Source: Crocinitomicaceae bacterium (GTDB lineage Bacteria; Bacteroidota; Bacteroidia; Flavobacteriales_D; Crocinitomicaceae). Taken from it: 27,923 nt of DNA. The DNA lies in assembly GCA_040379905.1 (NCBI GenBank), contig JBEIKF010000001.1, forward strand, positions 1 through 27,923. Reading direction: 5' to 3'. How positions within the stretch are numbered: the first letter of the stretch is position 1; the number at the start of each line of letters is the position of its first letter. The translations under genes were made by a program, and so were the position numbers. Positions 8,801 through 19,156 of this stretch are shown here, piece after piece. The notes under the pieces are model-generated. The model was given only the letters and a program-made list of their open reading frames with translations, did no database searches and was not told the DNA's origin.

Positions 8801-10249
8801 TTAAAACTCCGCGTTCTGAGGAGTTCTCGGGAACGGAATGACGTCTCGGATGTTTGACATCCCTGTAACGAACATCACCATACGCTCGAAGCCCAAACCG
8901 AATCCTGCGTGCGGAACCGATCCGAATCGACGGGTGTCCAAATACCACCATAATTCGTCGGGATGAATTCCAAATTCTTCACATTTTTGACGAAGTAGGT
9001 CGTAACGCTCTTCTCGCTGAGAACCACCAACAATTTCTCCAATTCCTGGGAATAAAACATCCATCGCCGCAACCGTTTTACCGTCCTCGTTCAAGCGCAT
9101 GTAAAACGCTTTGATTTTCGCAGGATAATCTGTTAGAATAACCGGACACTTGAATTCTTTTTCTACCAAATAACGCTCGTGCTCACTTTGTAAGTCAATT
9201 CCCCATTCAACTGGATATTTGAATTTCTTCTTTTTGTAATGGTTGGAATTGATCAAAACATCAATTGCTTCGGTGTATGTTAATCGCTTAAAAGGATTGT
9301 TGACTACAAACTCCAATCTTTCCAGAAGAGACATTTCATTGCGCTCATTTTGTGGTTTTTGCGATTGCTCTTGCGCATCACGTTCACTTAAAAACTGAAC
9401 ATCTTCTTTGCAGTTTGTCAAAACGTAGTTACAGATATATTTCAAGAACTCCTCGGTCAAATCCATGTTGTCTTTCAAATCATTGAACGCGACTTCAGGT
9501 TCTATCATCCAGAATTCAGCTAAGTGTCTCGACGTATTTGAGTTTTCAGCGCGGAATGTCGGTCCAAAGGTATAAATCTGACCTAAGGCTAATGCTGCCA
9601 ATTCGCCTTCTAGTTGTCCGGAAACCGTCAAATTCACTGATTTACCGAAAAAATCTTCCTTGAAATTTACAGATCCATCCTCATTCAATGGTGGATTTTT
9701 AGCATCCAAAGTCGTTACGCGAAACATTTCTCCCGCTCCTTCAGCATCGGAACCAGTAATGATAGGCGTATGGATATAATAGAAACCTTTGTCGTTAAAA
9801 AACTTGTGAATGGCGTATGCAATGGCGTGTCGAATTCTAAAAACCGCACCAAATGTATTCGTTCTAAAACGTAAATGTGCTTGTTCACGTAAGAAATCCA
9901 AACTATGTCGCTTGGGCTGCATTACCGTTTTTTGAACTTCGTCCGGATTAGCATCTCCTAAGATTTCAATTTCTGAAACTTGCAATTCTACGGTCTGTCC
10001 AGAACCTTGGGATTCAACCAATGTTCCTTTTACTGAAAGTGCTGCAGCTGTTGTAATTCGTTTCAAAAGAACCTCATCAAATTTCTCAAAATCAACCACA
10101 GCTTGTATCGAAGCCATACATGACCCATCGTTCAATTGAATGAAACGATTACTACGAAAAGCACGAACCCAACCTTTTACAGTGATTTCTTGATTGATTA
10201 ACGTTTGTCCCTCTTGACCTAAAATTTGACTAATTCTCCAGCGTTTCAT
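8801..10249 (-). CDS. asnS: Asparagine--tRNA ligase
   Basis: OB-fold VKGWVR, motif 2 [21 protein letters not shown], motif 3 [12 protein letters not shown]-terminus [10 protein letters not shown]. Confidence 0.98.
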   Translation of the reverse strand: MKRWRISQILGQEGQTLINQEITVKGWVRAFRSNRFIQLNDGSCMASIQAVVDFEKFDEVLLKRITTAAALSVKGTLVESQGSGQTVELQVSEIEILGDANPDEVQKTVMQPKRHSLDFLREQAHLRFRTNTFGAVFRIRHAIAYAIHKFFNDKGFYYIHTPIITGSDAEGAGEMFRVTTLDAKNPPLNEDGSVNFKEDFFGKSVNLTVSGQLEGELAALALGQIYTFGPTFRAENSNTSRHLAEFWMIEPEVAFNDLKDNMDLTEEFLKYICNYVLTNCKEDVQFLSERDAQEQSQKPQNERNEMSLLERLEFVVNNPFKRLTYTEAIDVLINSNHYKKKKFKYPVEWGIDLQSEHERYLVEKEFKCPVILTDYPAKIKAFYMRLNEDGKTVAAMDVLFPGIGEIVGGSQREERYDLLRQKCEEFGIHPDELWWYLDTRRFGSVPHAGFGLGFERMVMFVTGMSNIRDVIPFPRTPQNAEF

Positions 10250-10269
10250 TGAAAATTTAATTTAAGGTG

Positions 10270-10301
10270 CAAAAATAATCGTTTCAACGTATTAACTCAA
10301 A
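10270..10301 (-). promoter_or_regulatory. Complete sigma70 promoter for asnS
   Basis: Minus strand TTTG (10301-10298), 20-nt spacer, TATTTTTG (10277-10270). Confidence 0.75.
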
Positions 10302-10349
10302 AAAACGTGTCCTAGGTTCTTTTTAAGATTAAACTTCGTATTTAATTTA

Positions 10350-11354
10350 TCATTCTTCCAAAAGACTCATCACTTTCTCCACCATTAACTTTGACCCCAC
10401 GTAATATGGCACACGTTGATGTAAGCGCTCCGGTTTGATTTCCAATATTCGTTTTCGACCTGTTGATGCAAGTCCGCCGGCTTGTTCCGCGATAAATGCC
10501 AATGGGTTGCACTCATACAAAAGACGTAACTTACCTTCTGGTGCGCTCAACACGTCCGGGTAGATGTAAATTCCACCTTTAATAAGGTTTCTGTGAAAAT
10601 CAGCTACGAGCGAACCGATATATCTTCCCGAATAAGGCATTCCTGTTTGGTTTTCTCGGCTTTGACAGTAATTGATGTACTTACGCAATCCTTCTTCGCA
10701 TTCGAAAATATTTCCCTCATTCATTGCATAAAGTCGGCCAATCTCAGGCATTTTCATATTCGGATGAGATAAACAAAACTCCCCGATTGACGGATCAAGT
10801 GTAAAACCGTTTACGCCTTTTCCGGTGGTATAAACCAACATTGTAGATGAACCATAAAGCACATAACCTGAAGCCACTTGTTGTGTTCCGGGTTGAAGCA
10901 TATCTTCTAAAGTTGCTTCGCTTCCAATCGGTGAAATGCGGCGATAGATGGAAAAAATGGTCCCGATAGAAACGTTGACGTCAATATTGCTCGAACCGTC
11001 CAACGGATCAAAAAGCACGACATATTTTCCGTTTTTGGCTTGCTCCGATTTGAAAGCAACAAAATCATCATTTTCCTCTGAAGCGATGCCACATACTTCT
11101 CCACCTTGTTCAAATGCCTTAATGAAGGCATTATCAGCTACAACATCTAATTTTTGTTGCTCTTCTCCCTGAACGTTTTGATTTCCTTGAGCGCCGATAA
11201 TATGGTCAACAAGTCCAGCTTTGCGAACATCTCTTGAAACTATTTTTGATGCGACCGCAATATCATTAAGAAGTCGTGAAAGCTCTCCTGTAGCAAACGG
11301 AAAATCCGCTTGATTTGTAAGAATAAATTCGTTTAGGGTAATTAGTTTTGACAT
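10350..11354 (-). CDS. fbp: Class 1 fructose-1,6-bisphosphatase
   Basis: [46 protein letters not shown] signature. Confidence 0.98.
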   Translation of the reverse strand: MSKLITLNEFILTNQADFPFATGELSRLLNDIAVASKIVSRDVRKAGLVDHIIGAQGNQNVQGEEQQKLDVVADNAFIKAFEQGGEVCGIASEENDDFVAFKSEQAKNGKYVVLFDPLDGSSNIDVNVSIGTIFSIYRRISPIGSEATLEDMLQPGTQQVASGYVLYGSSTMLVYTTGKGVNGFTLDPSIGEFCLSHPNMKMPEIGRLYAMNEGNIFECEEGLRKYINYCQSRENQTGMPYSGRYIGSLVADFHRNLIKGGIYIYPDVLSAPEGKLRLLYECNPLAFIAEQAGGLASTGRKRILEIKPERLHQRVPYYVGSKLMVEKVMSLLEE

Positions 11355-11365
11355 GGGTTATAAAC

Positions 11366-11389
11366 AAAAAAAGCCCGCCAAAGCGGGCC
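11366..11389 (-). terminator. Intrinsic terminator between the USP gene and fbp
   Basis: Minus strand GGCCCGC-TTTG-GCGGGCT stem followed by a 7-T run (11372-11366, the first T closing the stem) and GTTT. Confidence 0.8.
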
Positions 11390-11405
11390 GAATAAATATA
11401 ATATT

Positions 11406-12239
11406 TTATACAGAGAACATGGTGAATGAACCTCCTTTTGAACTGGCAGTATCGATGGGATTCAAAATTAGTGTAGGAATTAGTGCGTCATTCGTGATGA
11501 TATACTGCTCATAATTTGCAGTAATTGCATTTAAGAAGCTACTTCTATTGAGATTCATAATTGCGATAAGATCGGCATCAACACTTACCGCATATTTTAC
11601 CACTTCTTTATCGAATCCACTGCTTGATACAATAGCTGAGGTCATCTCAACACCTCTTTCTTTGAAGAAGCGTTCTGAAAAAACAATGTTTGAATTTACT
11701 TGATGTCTTAAGTATTCATCTGACTCATCAGGTGTAACAACATGTACTTTCGAATTGAAATATTTTGCCAAACTCGCTACAATTGAAAGTTTTTGTTTGG
11801 TTTCCTTGTGTAAGTCCATAGGAACCACGATTGAATCATATCCAGTAGGTTTTACAGTCTTTTCTTGAACAATAATGAAAGGAACACTTGAACTTGTTAC
11901 CACTTTTAGAGCATGGCTACCTGTAATGTGCTGCCAACCATGAGCCCCGTGTGTCCCCATGAATATCAATTCGGCAGAGTGTTCCGCGGCATATTCACCA
12001 ATATCTTCAAAAATGCTACCGATGCGAACAACTGGAACGATTTCCACTCCTTCAGAAGTGTAACGACCGATTACAGCCTCCAATTTTTCAGAGGACTCTT
12101 TGATTTGACTATCTTTTGAAACCACATGCAATAAATGCACAGAAGCGCCAAGTGGTCGAGCTGTTGCTATTGCATGTTCGAGCGCGATATCTCCTACGGA
12201 TGTAAAATCATGAGGAACAATGAAAACCTTTTTTGACAT
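11406..12239 (-). CDS. Tandem-domain universal stress protein
   Basis: Two USP folds: IVPHDFT...LLHV...LIFMGTHG and IVVPMDLH...DADLIAIM; 277 aa. Confidence 0.9.
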   Translation of the reverse strand: MSKKVFIVPHDFTSVGDIALEHAIATARPLGASVHLLHVVSKDSQIKESSEKLEAVIGRYTSEGVEIVPVVRIGSIFEDIGEYAAEHSAELIFMGTHGAHGWQHITGSHALKVVTSSSVPFIIVQEKTVKPTGYDSIVVPMDLHKETKQKLSIVASLAKYFNSKVHVVTPDESDEYLRHQVNSNIVFSERFFKERGVEMTSAIVSSSGFDKEVVKYAVSVDADLIAIMNLNRSSFLNAITANYEQYIITNDALIPTLILNPIDTASSKGGSFTMFSV

Positions 12240-12253
12240 AATACTTGTTTCTG

Positions 12254-12261
12254 CAAATTTA
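12254..12261 (-). promoter_or_regulatory. -7 element (TAAATTTG) for the USP gene
   Basis: Exact TAnnTTTG 14 nt upstream of the ATG. Confidence 0.65.
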
Positions 12262-12350
12262 TAATAATCAACTCAATAAACCCCCTTTCGAACTTTTTAT
12301 TTTTTTAATAAAAAACGTTTTTTTTGAATAACTTCGTTTTTTAGCTCGAT

Positions 12351-13877
12351 ATGGCCATAATTGGAAAACTTATAAAAAAGACTACAGAAATTAGTTACCG
12401 GATAAACGCCAAAAAAGGCATTGAATACGGGCATCAGTTGGAAAGTTTGCGATCCCTTTTGGATACGGCCAAGAATACCAAATTTGGTTTATATCATTCA
12501 TTTCACGAGTTTGTCCAAAAGCCTGATATGGTTTCGCATTTTCAGAAAAATGTTCCTATTTGGAGCTACGAAGATTATTATGAGAAATGGTTAAAAGAAA
12601 CAATCGCCGGGGCAAAAGATCATACTTGGAAGGGGAAAATAAAGTATTTCGCTCTTTCCTCCGGAACAACGGGTTCGCCAAGTAAACGAATTCCTATAAC
12701 GCTAGAAATGATTCGCTCATTTCAACGAACAAGTATGCGTCAGTTATCTATCCTTCATGAACTGCATTTGTCTGAGAATTTTTACAGCGCGAGCGTACTT
12801 ACAGTTGGAGGTTCTACGAAGTTGATCAAAAAAGGGAAACACATTGAGGGGGATTTAAGTGGGATTTTAAAAAAACATACTTCATTAATTGTTACACCTT
12901 TTACAAAACCGGGAAATCGTATTACTGCAATTAAGGATTGGAATGAAAAATTGAAATTGATAATTGAAAAGGCGCCTAAATGGAACATCGGGATCATTGC
13001 TGGTATTCCTAGTTGGTGTATTTTATTGATGGAACGAATTGTTGAACATTATAATCTCAATAACATTCATGAAATGTGGCCGAATATGGACGTTTATGTT
13101 CATGGTGGTGTTTTCATGGAGCCGTACGTTGAGCGTTTAAAAAAGATTAGCGGCAAAAAAATTAATTTATTGGACACGTATTTGGCGAGTGAAGGGTATT
13201 TCGCGTATCAAACTTCCCTAAAAGCGAATGGCATGAAATTGTTGTTGAACAATGGTATCTTTTTTGAGTTTGTGCCGTTCAATTCAAATTATTTTGATGA
13301 AAATGGAGAGCTCATTAATCAGCATGAAGCGTTTACAATTAGTCAAGTGAAAGAAGGTGTTGATTATGCTCTATTAATTTCGACAAATGCGGGACTTTGG
13401 CGTTATCTCATTGGTGATTTGGTTCAATTTACGAATGTTGAAACCTATGAAATTAAAATCACGGGTAGAATCAAACAATTTTTAAGTCTTTGTGGTGAAC
13501 ATTTATCGCTGGATAATATCAATCAGGCCTTATTGGCCGTTTCTAAAGAAATGAAAGTTGGAATTTCGGAATATACCATTTACGCAGATGCGGAAAATAG
13601 TCAACATCAATGGTATATTGGTTATCAAAATGAGTGTGATCAAGAATTGTTTGCGAAATTAATGGACGAAAAACTCTCCGCATTAAATGATGATTATGCG
13701 TACGTACGCAAATACAATTTACAAACCCCTTGTTTCAATTTTCTACCTGCTCAGAAATTCTATGATTTTTTGGAATCTTTAGGTAAAATTGGGGCGCAAA
13801 ATAAGATGCCTCGGGTTTTGAACAAAGTACAATCTGAAAAATGGATTCGCTTTCTCAGTGAAGCTTCTTCGACTTAA
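12351..13877 (+). CDS. GH3-family acyl-adenylate-forming (amido synthetase-like) enzyme
   Basis: Motif I FALSSGTTGSPSKRIP, motif II YLASEG, motif III WRYLIGD, C-terminal GAQNKMPR; -7-like TAACTTCG at 12329-12336. Confidence 0.9.
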   Translation: MAIIGKLIKKTTEISYRINAKKGIEYGHQLESLRSLLDTAKNTKFGLYHSFHEFVQKPDMVSHFQKNVPIWSYEDYYEKWLKETIAGAKDHTWKGKIKYFALSSGTTGSPSKRIPITLEMIRSFQRTSMRQLSILHELHLSENFYSASVLTVGGSTKLIKKGKHIEGDLSGILKKHTSLIVTPFTKPGNRITAIKDWNEKLKLIIEKAPKWNIGIIAGIPSWCILLMERIVEHYNLNNIHEMWPNMDVYVHGGVFMEPYVERLKKISGKKINLLDTYLASEGYFAYQTSLKANGMKLLLNNGIFFEFVPFNSNYFDENGELINQHEAFTISQVKEGVDYALLISTNAGLWRYLIGDLVQFTNVETYEIKITGRIKQFLSLCGEHLSLDNINQALLAVSKEMKVGISEYTIYADAENSQHQWYIGYQNECDQELFAKLMDEKLSALNDDYAYVRKYNLQTPCFNFLPAQKFYDFLESLGKIGAQNKMPRVLNKVQSEKWIRFLSEASST

Positions 13878-14877
13878 AAATAGAATTCTTCGAAAGCATA
13901 TAACTCATAAAGAATTCAATAGAATGATTGTACGCCCTCGATACTTTGCCAATTTCGTAATCGTATGATAGCCCAATTTTAAAAGGACCGAGGTCAATGG
14001 CTGCGTATGGCGTTAATGCTCCCGTTAATCTGAAATAGGCTCCCAGTGTCACATGTTGCCCGTTAACAAGACTAGTTATTCGAGATGATTCTTTCATCCT
14101 ATTACGAATGAAAATCCCAATATTGGTTTCCTTATGTTTACCTTGAAAAAATTGAACTGCGCTGAATTCAAGTGCAGAAACATCACTTATACCATATTTT
14201 AAATTGGCATGAATACAAAGCTTTGTATATAATTTATCTTCAGTAAACGAGTTGAAACGTTGATTTGGCCTGTTTATATGAGAAAGTGAAAGTCCCATTT
14301 GAAAAGCTGTCTCACTATGTCCGATAGTTGAAGTTTGAGAGGGTTTGTAATTGTATGAAATTCCACCCCCAGCGTCCAAATAGGAAAAAGAATTAAATTG
14401 GTTTTCCTCACCAGAGGGGATGCTACCATCTAAATTTGTTCCATTCCATTGTGAATAAAAAAGCAAATTGGAAAGATCTGCAGATCTATTATTGAATGAT
14501 GTTTGAATTCCAGCTGATATCCATTGATTATTTGATATGGGTAAATTACCACTTAGGTTTATGCCTCCTGTCTTCAAAGAAATTTTGGAATCACCTCCCA
14601 CATCATTTATGAAATATACACCTACTCCTGCATAAGCTTTGTTCATTTTTCTTGTCTTGCCTATTGAAAATTCTGCAAGACCATAAGAAGTCATAAATTG
14701 AGTTCCTCCTCCAAGCCATTGATTCCGGTGCTGAATGCTAAATTTTTCGAACCCGTTGAAACTAGAGGTTAATGCTGGGTTTATTATCGGAAGCGTTTGG
14801 TCAATTTGGGACAGATGCAAATCTTGACCAAATGCATGGCTCCATAAAATAAGAAATAGTGCACCGAAACGTCTCAT
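13855..14877 (-). CDS. T9SS PorP/SprF family outer-membrane protein
   Basis: QDLHLSQ...INPA, HRNQW, LGVYFINDxGG, C-terminal IGLSYDYE...SIE; directly downstream of a type-B CTD cargo gene. Confidence 0.9.
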   Translation of the reverse strand: MRRFGALFLILWSHAFGQDLHLSQIDQTLPIINPALTSSFNGFEKFSIQHRNQWLGGGTQFMTSYGLAEFSIGKTRKMNKAYAGVGVYFINDVGGDSKISLKTGGINLSGNLPISNNQWISAGIQTSFNNRSADLSNLLFYSQWNGTNLDGSIPSGEENQFNSFSYLDAGGGISYNYKPSQTSTIGHSETAFQMGLSLSHINRPNQRFNSFTEDKLYTKLCIHANLKYGISDVSALEFSAVQFFQGKHKETNIGIFIRNRMKESSRITSLVNGQHVTLGAYFRLTGALTPYAAIDLGPFKIGLSYDYEIGKVSRAYNHSIEFFMSYMLSKNSIFKSKKLH

Positions 14878-14881
14878 TACC

Positions 14882-17800
14882 TTATCTCAATAAAGTTATG
14901 TTTCCTGAAAGAGTTTCGTCTTTACCATCCACATACGTTACTTCCACGATATATGCGTAAACACCACTGTTACAAGGTTTTGATTTGTAGTTTCCGTCCC
15001 ATTTGAAGTCTTTTTTATCGGATTGAAAAATAAGATTTCCCCAACGGTCGAAAATTTTGAAGTTAATGCGGGCTATATTTTTTCCAGCAATAATTTGGTA
15101 AACATCATTTTCGGGCTTCCCACTTGCATTTGGTGTAAATGCAGTTGGAATGTGAATTCCTAAAGCACAATCAGCAGATGAGTTATCTGGGCTGCACGGA
15201 TCACAAGGATTGCTCCCGTTTGTTAATTCAACACCATCAATGATTCCATCACCATCTGTGTCAGCAACGGTAGGTGAGGAACAAAGAACTGCTTCTTGTG
15301 CATCAGTTAAACCATCATTATCTGTATCAATTTGACAGTCTGCACTTGAATCATCTGGATCACAAGGATTAATTGGATCAGAACCATTCGCAACCTCTGT
15401 ACCATCGCTAATGCCATCACCATCTGTGTCTGGATTATCATAGTTTGTTCCATTGGCAATTTCTTCTGAATAGGTTAACCCATCACCATCAAAATCACAG
15501 TTTGGCGCAGTATTGTTTGGAATACATGGGTCTGTATTCGCTGGATCTGCCTCGTTATTTACGCCATCACCATCTGAGTCAGTTAGGGAAGATTCAAGCG
15601 CATCAATAACACCATCTCCGTCAGTGTCCGTTGGATTTAAAGGATCAGCTCCAATCTCAACGCAATCATTTTGACCATCGCCATCCGTATCTGGGTTATT
15701 AGGTAATGTACCTGCTGTAATTTCATCTACATTTAAGCATCCATCACCATCCAAATCTGGATTGTCAGCAATGAAAACTGCAACAATATTTTCAATTCCT
15801 GTTATATTGATAAAATTCGTGTCTTGTGTTATTGCTAATCCCATAGGGCCAATGGTATATTCCCAATGATCGAAAATAAAGCCAGGCAAAGGTTTCGCAA
15901 CTAAATTCGTTTGAATACCACCAAAGTAAGAGGTAGTCCATGGATATGTAGGTGCCCATTGAGAATTAACTTTAATTTCTCCGGATAAAGGTGGAGAAAC
16001 ATTAAATGTGACATTATATGGTCCAGTAAGCTGATAGCAATCAATCATTCCTCCTGTAATTGCCGTGCATCTAGAAATAATAAAGTTTCTGAGCTGAGTC
16101 ACTCTGCTTTGCCAATTTGCATATGAACCTCCCCATTTTTGACACTGTGCGGTCATTTCGGGTGCAATTTCGTTAACCATACTATCAAGTAATGGAATTA
16201 AATAATCACATGAGAAATAAGTATTTGCCAAATCCGCATATCGTGTAATGTAATATTGTTCTACAATTGGATTTTCATTGATTAATTTTTCTAAAATTTC
16301 GGTATGGCCTTGTCCTCCGGGATTAGGAAGATTCTCCACATTACATGGATCAGCATTAGGACTTTCGTCTGGAATACCTGTGTAATTAACATAGTGACCA
16401 AAAGTTGCATCCATATCCCATAGTGCGTATCTCCATTTCTTTTTATCACCTAAAGGATCAGTGCCATGCCACCAAGCTGTATTCCAATTAAGCCAATCTT
16501 GATTAACAACAAACGAATTGAACATAAAGTAATCACACAACGACTCCCAATTCAATAAACTATCAACATAGGCGAAATTTGTAGGATTCCCCATGTTATT
16601 AGCAGCTATGTAGTTTTTTAATGAATTCCAATTTGCAAGAGCGTTAGGAGCTCCATACTCTTGCCAAGTTCCTCCCCAAGTCTTTAAGTATTCAAGGTGA
16701 TACTTATCCTGGTTGTAGTAATACTCCGTATAGTCATGATCATCCGCTTTTTCACGAATTTCATAAACTCCCCAGTAATTACCATTCAAATAAACAACAC
16801 AAGGTCTGTTTGTTCTCTCATCTAACTTCATATCTGCCCTTATGGAAAGAGTGTGAATAAAAGCATCTCTGATGTGAGCTCCATTTTCGAAAGAATAATT
16901 ATCACTGGCTGCTGGCTTAAGAATTAATCGTTGAAAATTATCTCTTGTTTTATCTGGAAAAATTTGATGCTCTAGATCACCATTATAGCCGTATTGATCA
17001 CGCATAACAAAGTCGAACCCCCGTTGATCATAAGCCCATGAGTCATTCCCATGTTCGTTAAAATCACCTTGACCTTCATCTATGAATAAACCGTTGTCTT
17101 CGAATAGTTCAAAGCCTCCAACTGGTTCAATTTGATTGCCATTTATTAACAATGTATTTAATCCTGCCCCACAAACTGAAACAACAGGTATGGTGTGTGT
17201 TACATTTATAAAATAAGTATTAGTTTCAGTGAATGAAGGTAAATTAGCACTAAAGGCTGTTGTTCGAAGAACTTTTGTAGTACTAATTGTAATTGGACCG
17301 GAATAAAGGGTGGATGTGACCGTAGGATCGCTTCCATCTAATGTATAGCGAATTGTAGCAGTTGGATCAGGACAAGAAATAGTGATGGTTTGTGGAGATG
17401 TATAAAAACCTGCTTGAATATTAACAATGGGCTTTGGTGTATAAAAATTTATTGCTCCTGTATTCGCCGCATTCGGAGTGGGTGTTGTAAATAATTTAAA
17501 ATCAGGTGCTCCATTTGTAGATCTTCCAACCGAATGATTTGATTTTGTCATGTGAACAATCTTAAATGAATCCACCACATTTCCAAAGTTGTTGGATAAA
17601 ATAATCCAATCGCCTTCTGTTTGAGAGAGATTGAAGTTTGGGTGATATTGATTGCCATTAACGGTGTTTCTTTTCGAGCAAAAAACCATTTTGTAGCCAC
17701 TGGAATTGATTGTACCACTTGGAATCATCCATTTAGTCAAGTTGTTTGCTTTATCAGACAAATACCAACCAGTGAGGTTCACGGTTGTTCCAGTTGGATT

Positions 17801-17947
17801 AAATAGCTCTATCCAATCTTCTCTTTCACCGTATGCATCAGTTATCCCCGTGACATTTGAACAAGAATATTCGTTAATAATAACCTGTCCAAATGAAAAG
17901 GAAAAAGAGAAAATTAGCGAAGCAATTGAGAGTATAAAATGTTTCAT
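14882..17947 (-). CDS. T9SS-secreted CotH-family kinase: lamin-tail domain, FN3-associated/CHB_HEX_C-like domain, CotH domain, TSP3-like Ca-binding repeats, type-B CTD
   Basis: Signal peptide from ATG 17947 (MKHFILS). LTD (VIINEY...DWIELFN...LTGWYLSD), [12 protein letters not shown], CotH motifs ([37 protein letters not shown]), 8 DxDxDG repeats, [11 protein letters not shown]...IFDRWG...WDG...GNITLLR. Confidence 0.9.
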   Translation of the reverse strand: MKHFILSIASLIFSFSFSFGQVIINEYSCSNVTGITDAYGEREDWIELFNPTGTTVNLTGWYLSDKANNLTKWMIPSGTINSSGYKMVFCSKRNTVNGNQYHPNFNLSQTEGDWIILSNNFGNVVDSFKIVHMTKSNHSVGRSTNGAPDFKLFTTPTPNAANTGAINFYTPKPIVNIQAGFYTSPQTITISCPDPTATIRYTLDGSDPTVTSTLYSGPITISTTKVLRTTAFSANLPSFTETNTYFINVTHTIPVVSVCGAGLNTLLINGNQIEPVGGFELFEDNGLFIDEGQGDFNEHGNDSWAYDQRGFDFVMRDQYGYNGDLEHQIFPDKTRDNFQRLILKPAASDNYSFENGAHIRDAFIHTLSIRADMKLDERTNRPCVVYLNGNYWGVYEIREKADDHDYTEYYYNQDKYHLEYLKTWGGTWQEYGAPNALANWNSLKNYIAANNMGNPTNFAYVDSLLNWESLCDYFMFNSFVVNQDWLNWNTAWWHGTDPLGDKKKWRYALWDMDATFGHYVNYTGIPDESPNADPCNVENLPNPGGQGHTEILEKLINENPIVEQYYITRYADLANTYFSCDYLIPLLDSMVNEIAPEMTAQCQKWGGSYANWQSRVTQLRNFIISRCTAITGGMIDCYQLTGPYNVTFNVSPPLSGEIKVNSQWAPTYPWTTSYFGGIQTNLVAKPLPGFIFDHWEYTIGPMGLAITQDTNFINITGIENIVAVFIADNPDLDGDGCLNVDEITAGTLPNNPDTDGDGQNDCVEIGADPLNPTDTDGDGVIDALESSLTDSDGDGVNNEADPANTDPCIPNNTAPNCDFDGDGLTYSEEIANGTNYDNPDTDGDGISDGTEVANGSDPINPCDPDDSSADCQIDTDNDGLTDAQEAVLCSSPTVADTDGDGIIDGVELTNGSNPCDPCSPDNSSADCALGIHIPTAFTPNASGKPENDVYQIIAGKNIARINFKIFDRWGNLIFQSDKKDFKWDGNYKSKPCNSGVYAYIVEVTYVDGKDETLSGNITLLR
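15167..15766 (-). repeat. Eight DxDxDG thrombospondin type 3-like Ca2+-binding repeats (protein-level)
   Basis: DLDGDG, DTDGDG x4, DSDGDG, DFDGDG, DTDNDG; includes a 32-aa duplicated unit. Confidence 0.85.
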
Positions 17948-18018
17948 AAGTAGTTCTGTCAACAATATTACAAAAAAACTGTGATTTATCAAAAAATACA
18001 ATTCATTAAAAATAGTTG

Positions 18019-18026
18019 TATTTTTG
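18019..18026 (+). promoter_or_regulatory. -7 element (TATTTTTG) for the lipoprotein/DUF2490 pair
   Basis: Exact TAnnTTTG 17 nt upstream of ATG 18044. Confidence 0.65.
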
Positions 18027-18043
18027 AGAAATATTAAATTATC

Positions 18044-18433
18044 ATGAAACAATTATTAATTCTTTTAGTGTGCTTTGTATCGTTTTTTTCATGTTCGAAA
18101 TATGAGGGTCAAGGTGGCGCGGCTACTTTAAAAGGAGTAGTGATTGAACAAAGGTATAACAGTCTAGGTAACGTTATTGCTAGTTACCCTGCCCCAGATC
18201 AAGATGTTTATATTATTTATGGATCAGAGAATACTTTTTACGATGATGATATAAAAACAAGTTTTGACGGGTCGTATGAATTTAGATATCTAAGAAAAGG
18301 AAGCTATAAAATTTTCGTTTACGAAGATTGTATTACATGCCCTAGTGGGCAAAAGGAGGTTTTGAAAGAGGTAGAAATCACTGAGAAAAATCAAGAATTG
18401 ATCTTGGATACTATCTACATTAAAAAAATATAG
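18044..18433 (+). CDS. Uncharacterised lipoprotein, probable transthyretin/prealbumin-like beta-sandwich
   Basis: Lipobox FFS-C17; [22 protein letters not shown] resembles carboxypeptidase-regulatory-like domains; CITC motif. Confidence 0.75.
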   Translation: MKQLLILLVCFVSFFSCSKYEGQGGAATLKGVVIEQRYNSLGNVIASYPAPDQDVYIIYGSENTFYDDDIKTSFDGSYEFRYLRKGSYKIFVYEDCITCPSGQKEVLKEVEITEKNQELILDTIYIKKI

Positions 18434-18439
18434 TCTGAC

Positions 18440-19156
18440 ATGAAGTATTTGATTGCTTCTCTTTTTGCTCTTTTGGTTCAATATTCCTTTACTCAAAATT
18501 CGGCATTTCAATTTTGGACTGAAACGGGATTTAAATATAAGTTTAACAAAGAACTTGATTTTACCGCCGAATGGACAAATCGATTTGATGCTTACGGCTT
18601 AACTACTTCGTTCCCTCAAGTTTCCGCTAAATATAAAGTTTTAAGTTGGTTAAAAACTTCATTGGATTATAGATGGATCCTTTCCAAAGAAAATAATGGA
18701 AATTTATCATCGGGTAATCGTGTAAATGCGAATGTACAATTGAATCACAAATTCGAGCGAATTGATGTTGGTTTTCGTGCCAGATATCAATATTCGTTTA
18801 ATCGTTTCGTTTCTTCTAATTACGACCCCGAATTTGATGTTGCATATCGCTTCCGCCCATCTATATCGTACGATTTGAATAACAGTATTTTAGCTCCCAA
18901 CGCAAGTATCGAGTTTTTTTACACCCCTGAAAATGCTCCCCTTGGAAATAGGTTTACGCGAATTAGGTATCAAATTGGAATTGATTTTGACACGAAATTA
19001 CCCTTTGATTTTGGGATAGCTTATTTGTATGATAATAAAATTAACTTACCTGAAGCTGTTGATAGGCACGTTTTGAATTTATCAGCAACCTATCTAATTA
19101 AAGGTAAAGATTCGAAAAAGAAAAAAGGGAAGGGGAAAAATCCCCGAGATCTTTAA
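18440..19156 (+). CDS. Outer-membrane beta-barrel, DUF2490-like
   Basis: Signal peptide, alternating amphipathic strands, FQFWTE..., FRARYQY, YRFRPSISY, RIRYQIGI patterns typical of DUF2490. Confidence 0.75.
   Translation: MKYLIASLFALLVQYSFTQNSAFQFWTETGFKYKFNKELDFTAEWTNRFDAYGLTTSFPQVSAKYKVLSWLKTSLDYRWILSKENNGNLSSGNRVNANVQLNHKFERIDVGFRARYQYSFNRFVSSNYDPEFDVAYRFRPSISYDLNNSILAPNASIEFFYTPENAPLGNRFTRIRYQIGIDFDTKLPFDFGIAYLYDNKINLPEAVDRHVLNLSATYLIKGKDSKKKKGKGKNPRDL

Noticed and set aside
12310-12323. Palindrome AAAAAACGTTTTTT in the usp/GH3 divergent spacer
   Set aside because: Low-complexity A/T runs, likely by chance at this base composition
13855-13877. Convergent gene overlaps (GH3/PorP 23 nt; DUF2490/cyclase shared TTAA at 19153-19156)
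   Set aside because: Common genome compaction; no evidence of frameshift or antisense function
15167-15766. Repeated ccatcaccatc-like DNA as a CRISPR or tandem DNA array
   Set aside because: Fully explained by codons for DxDGDG peptide repeats; no constant repeat with unique spacers and no cas genes
17948-18052. N-terminal extensions in the ORF track (also 6288, 23590, 24924, 27194)
   Set aside because: Downstream ATGs give clean signal peptides or family-typical N-termini, and in several cases the extension overlaps a -7 promoter box or the divergent gene
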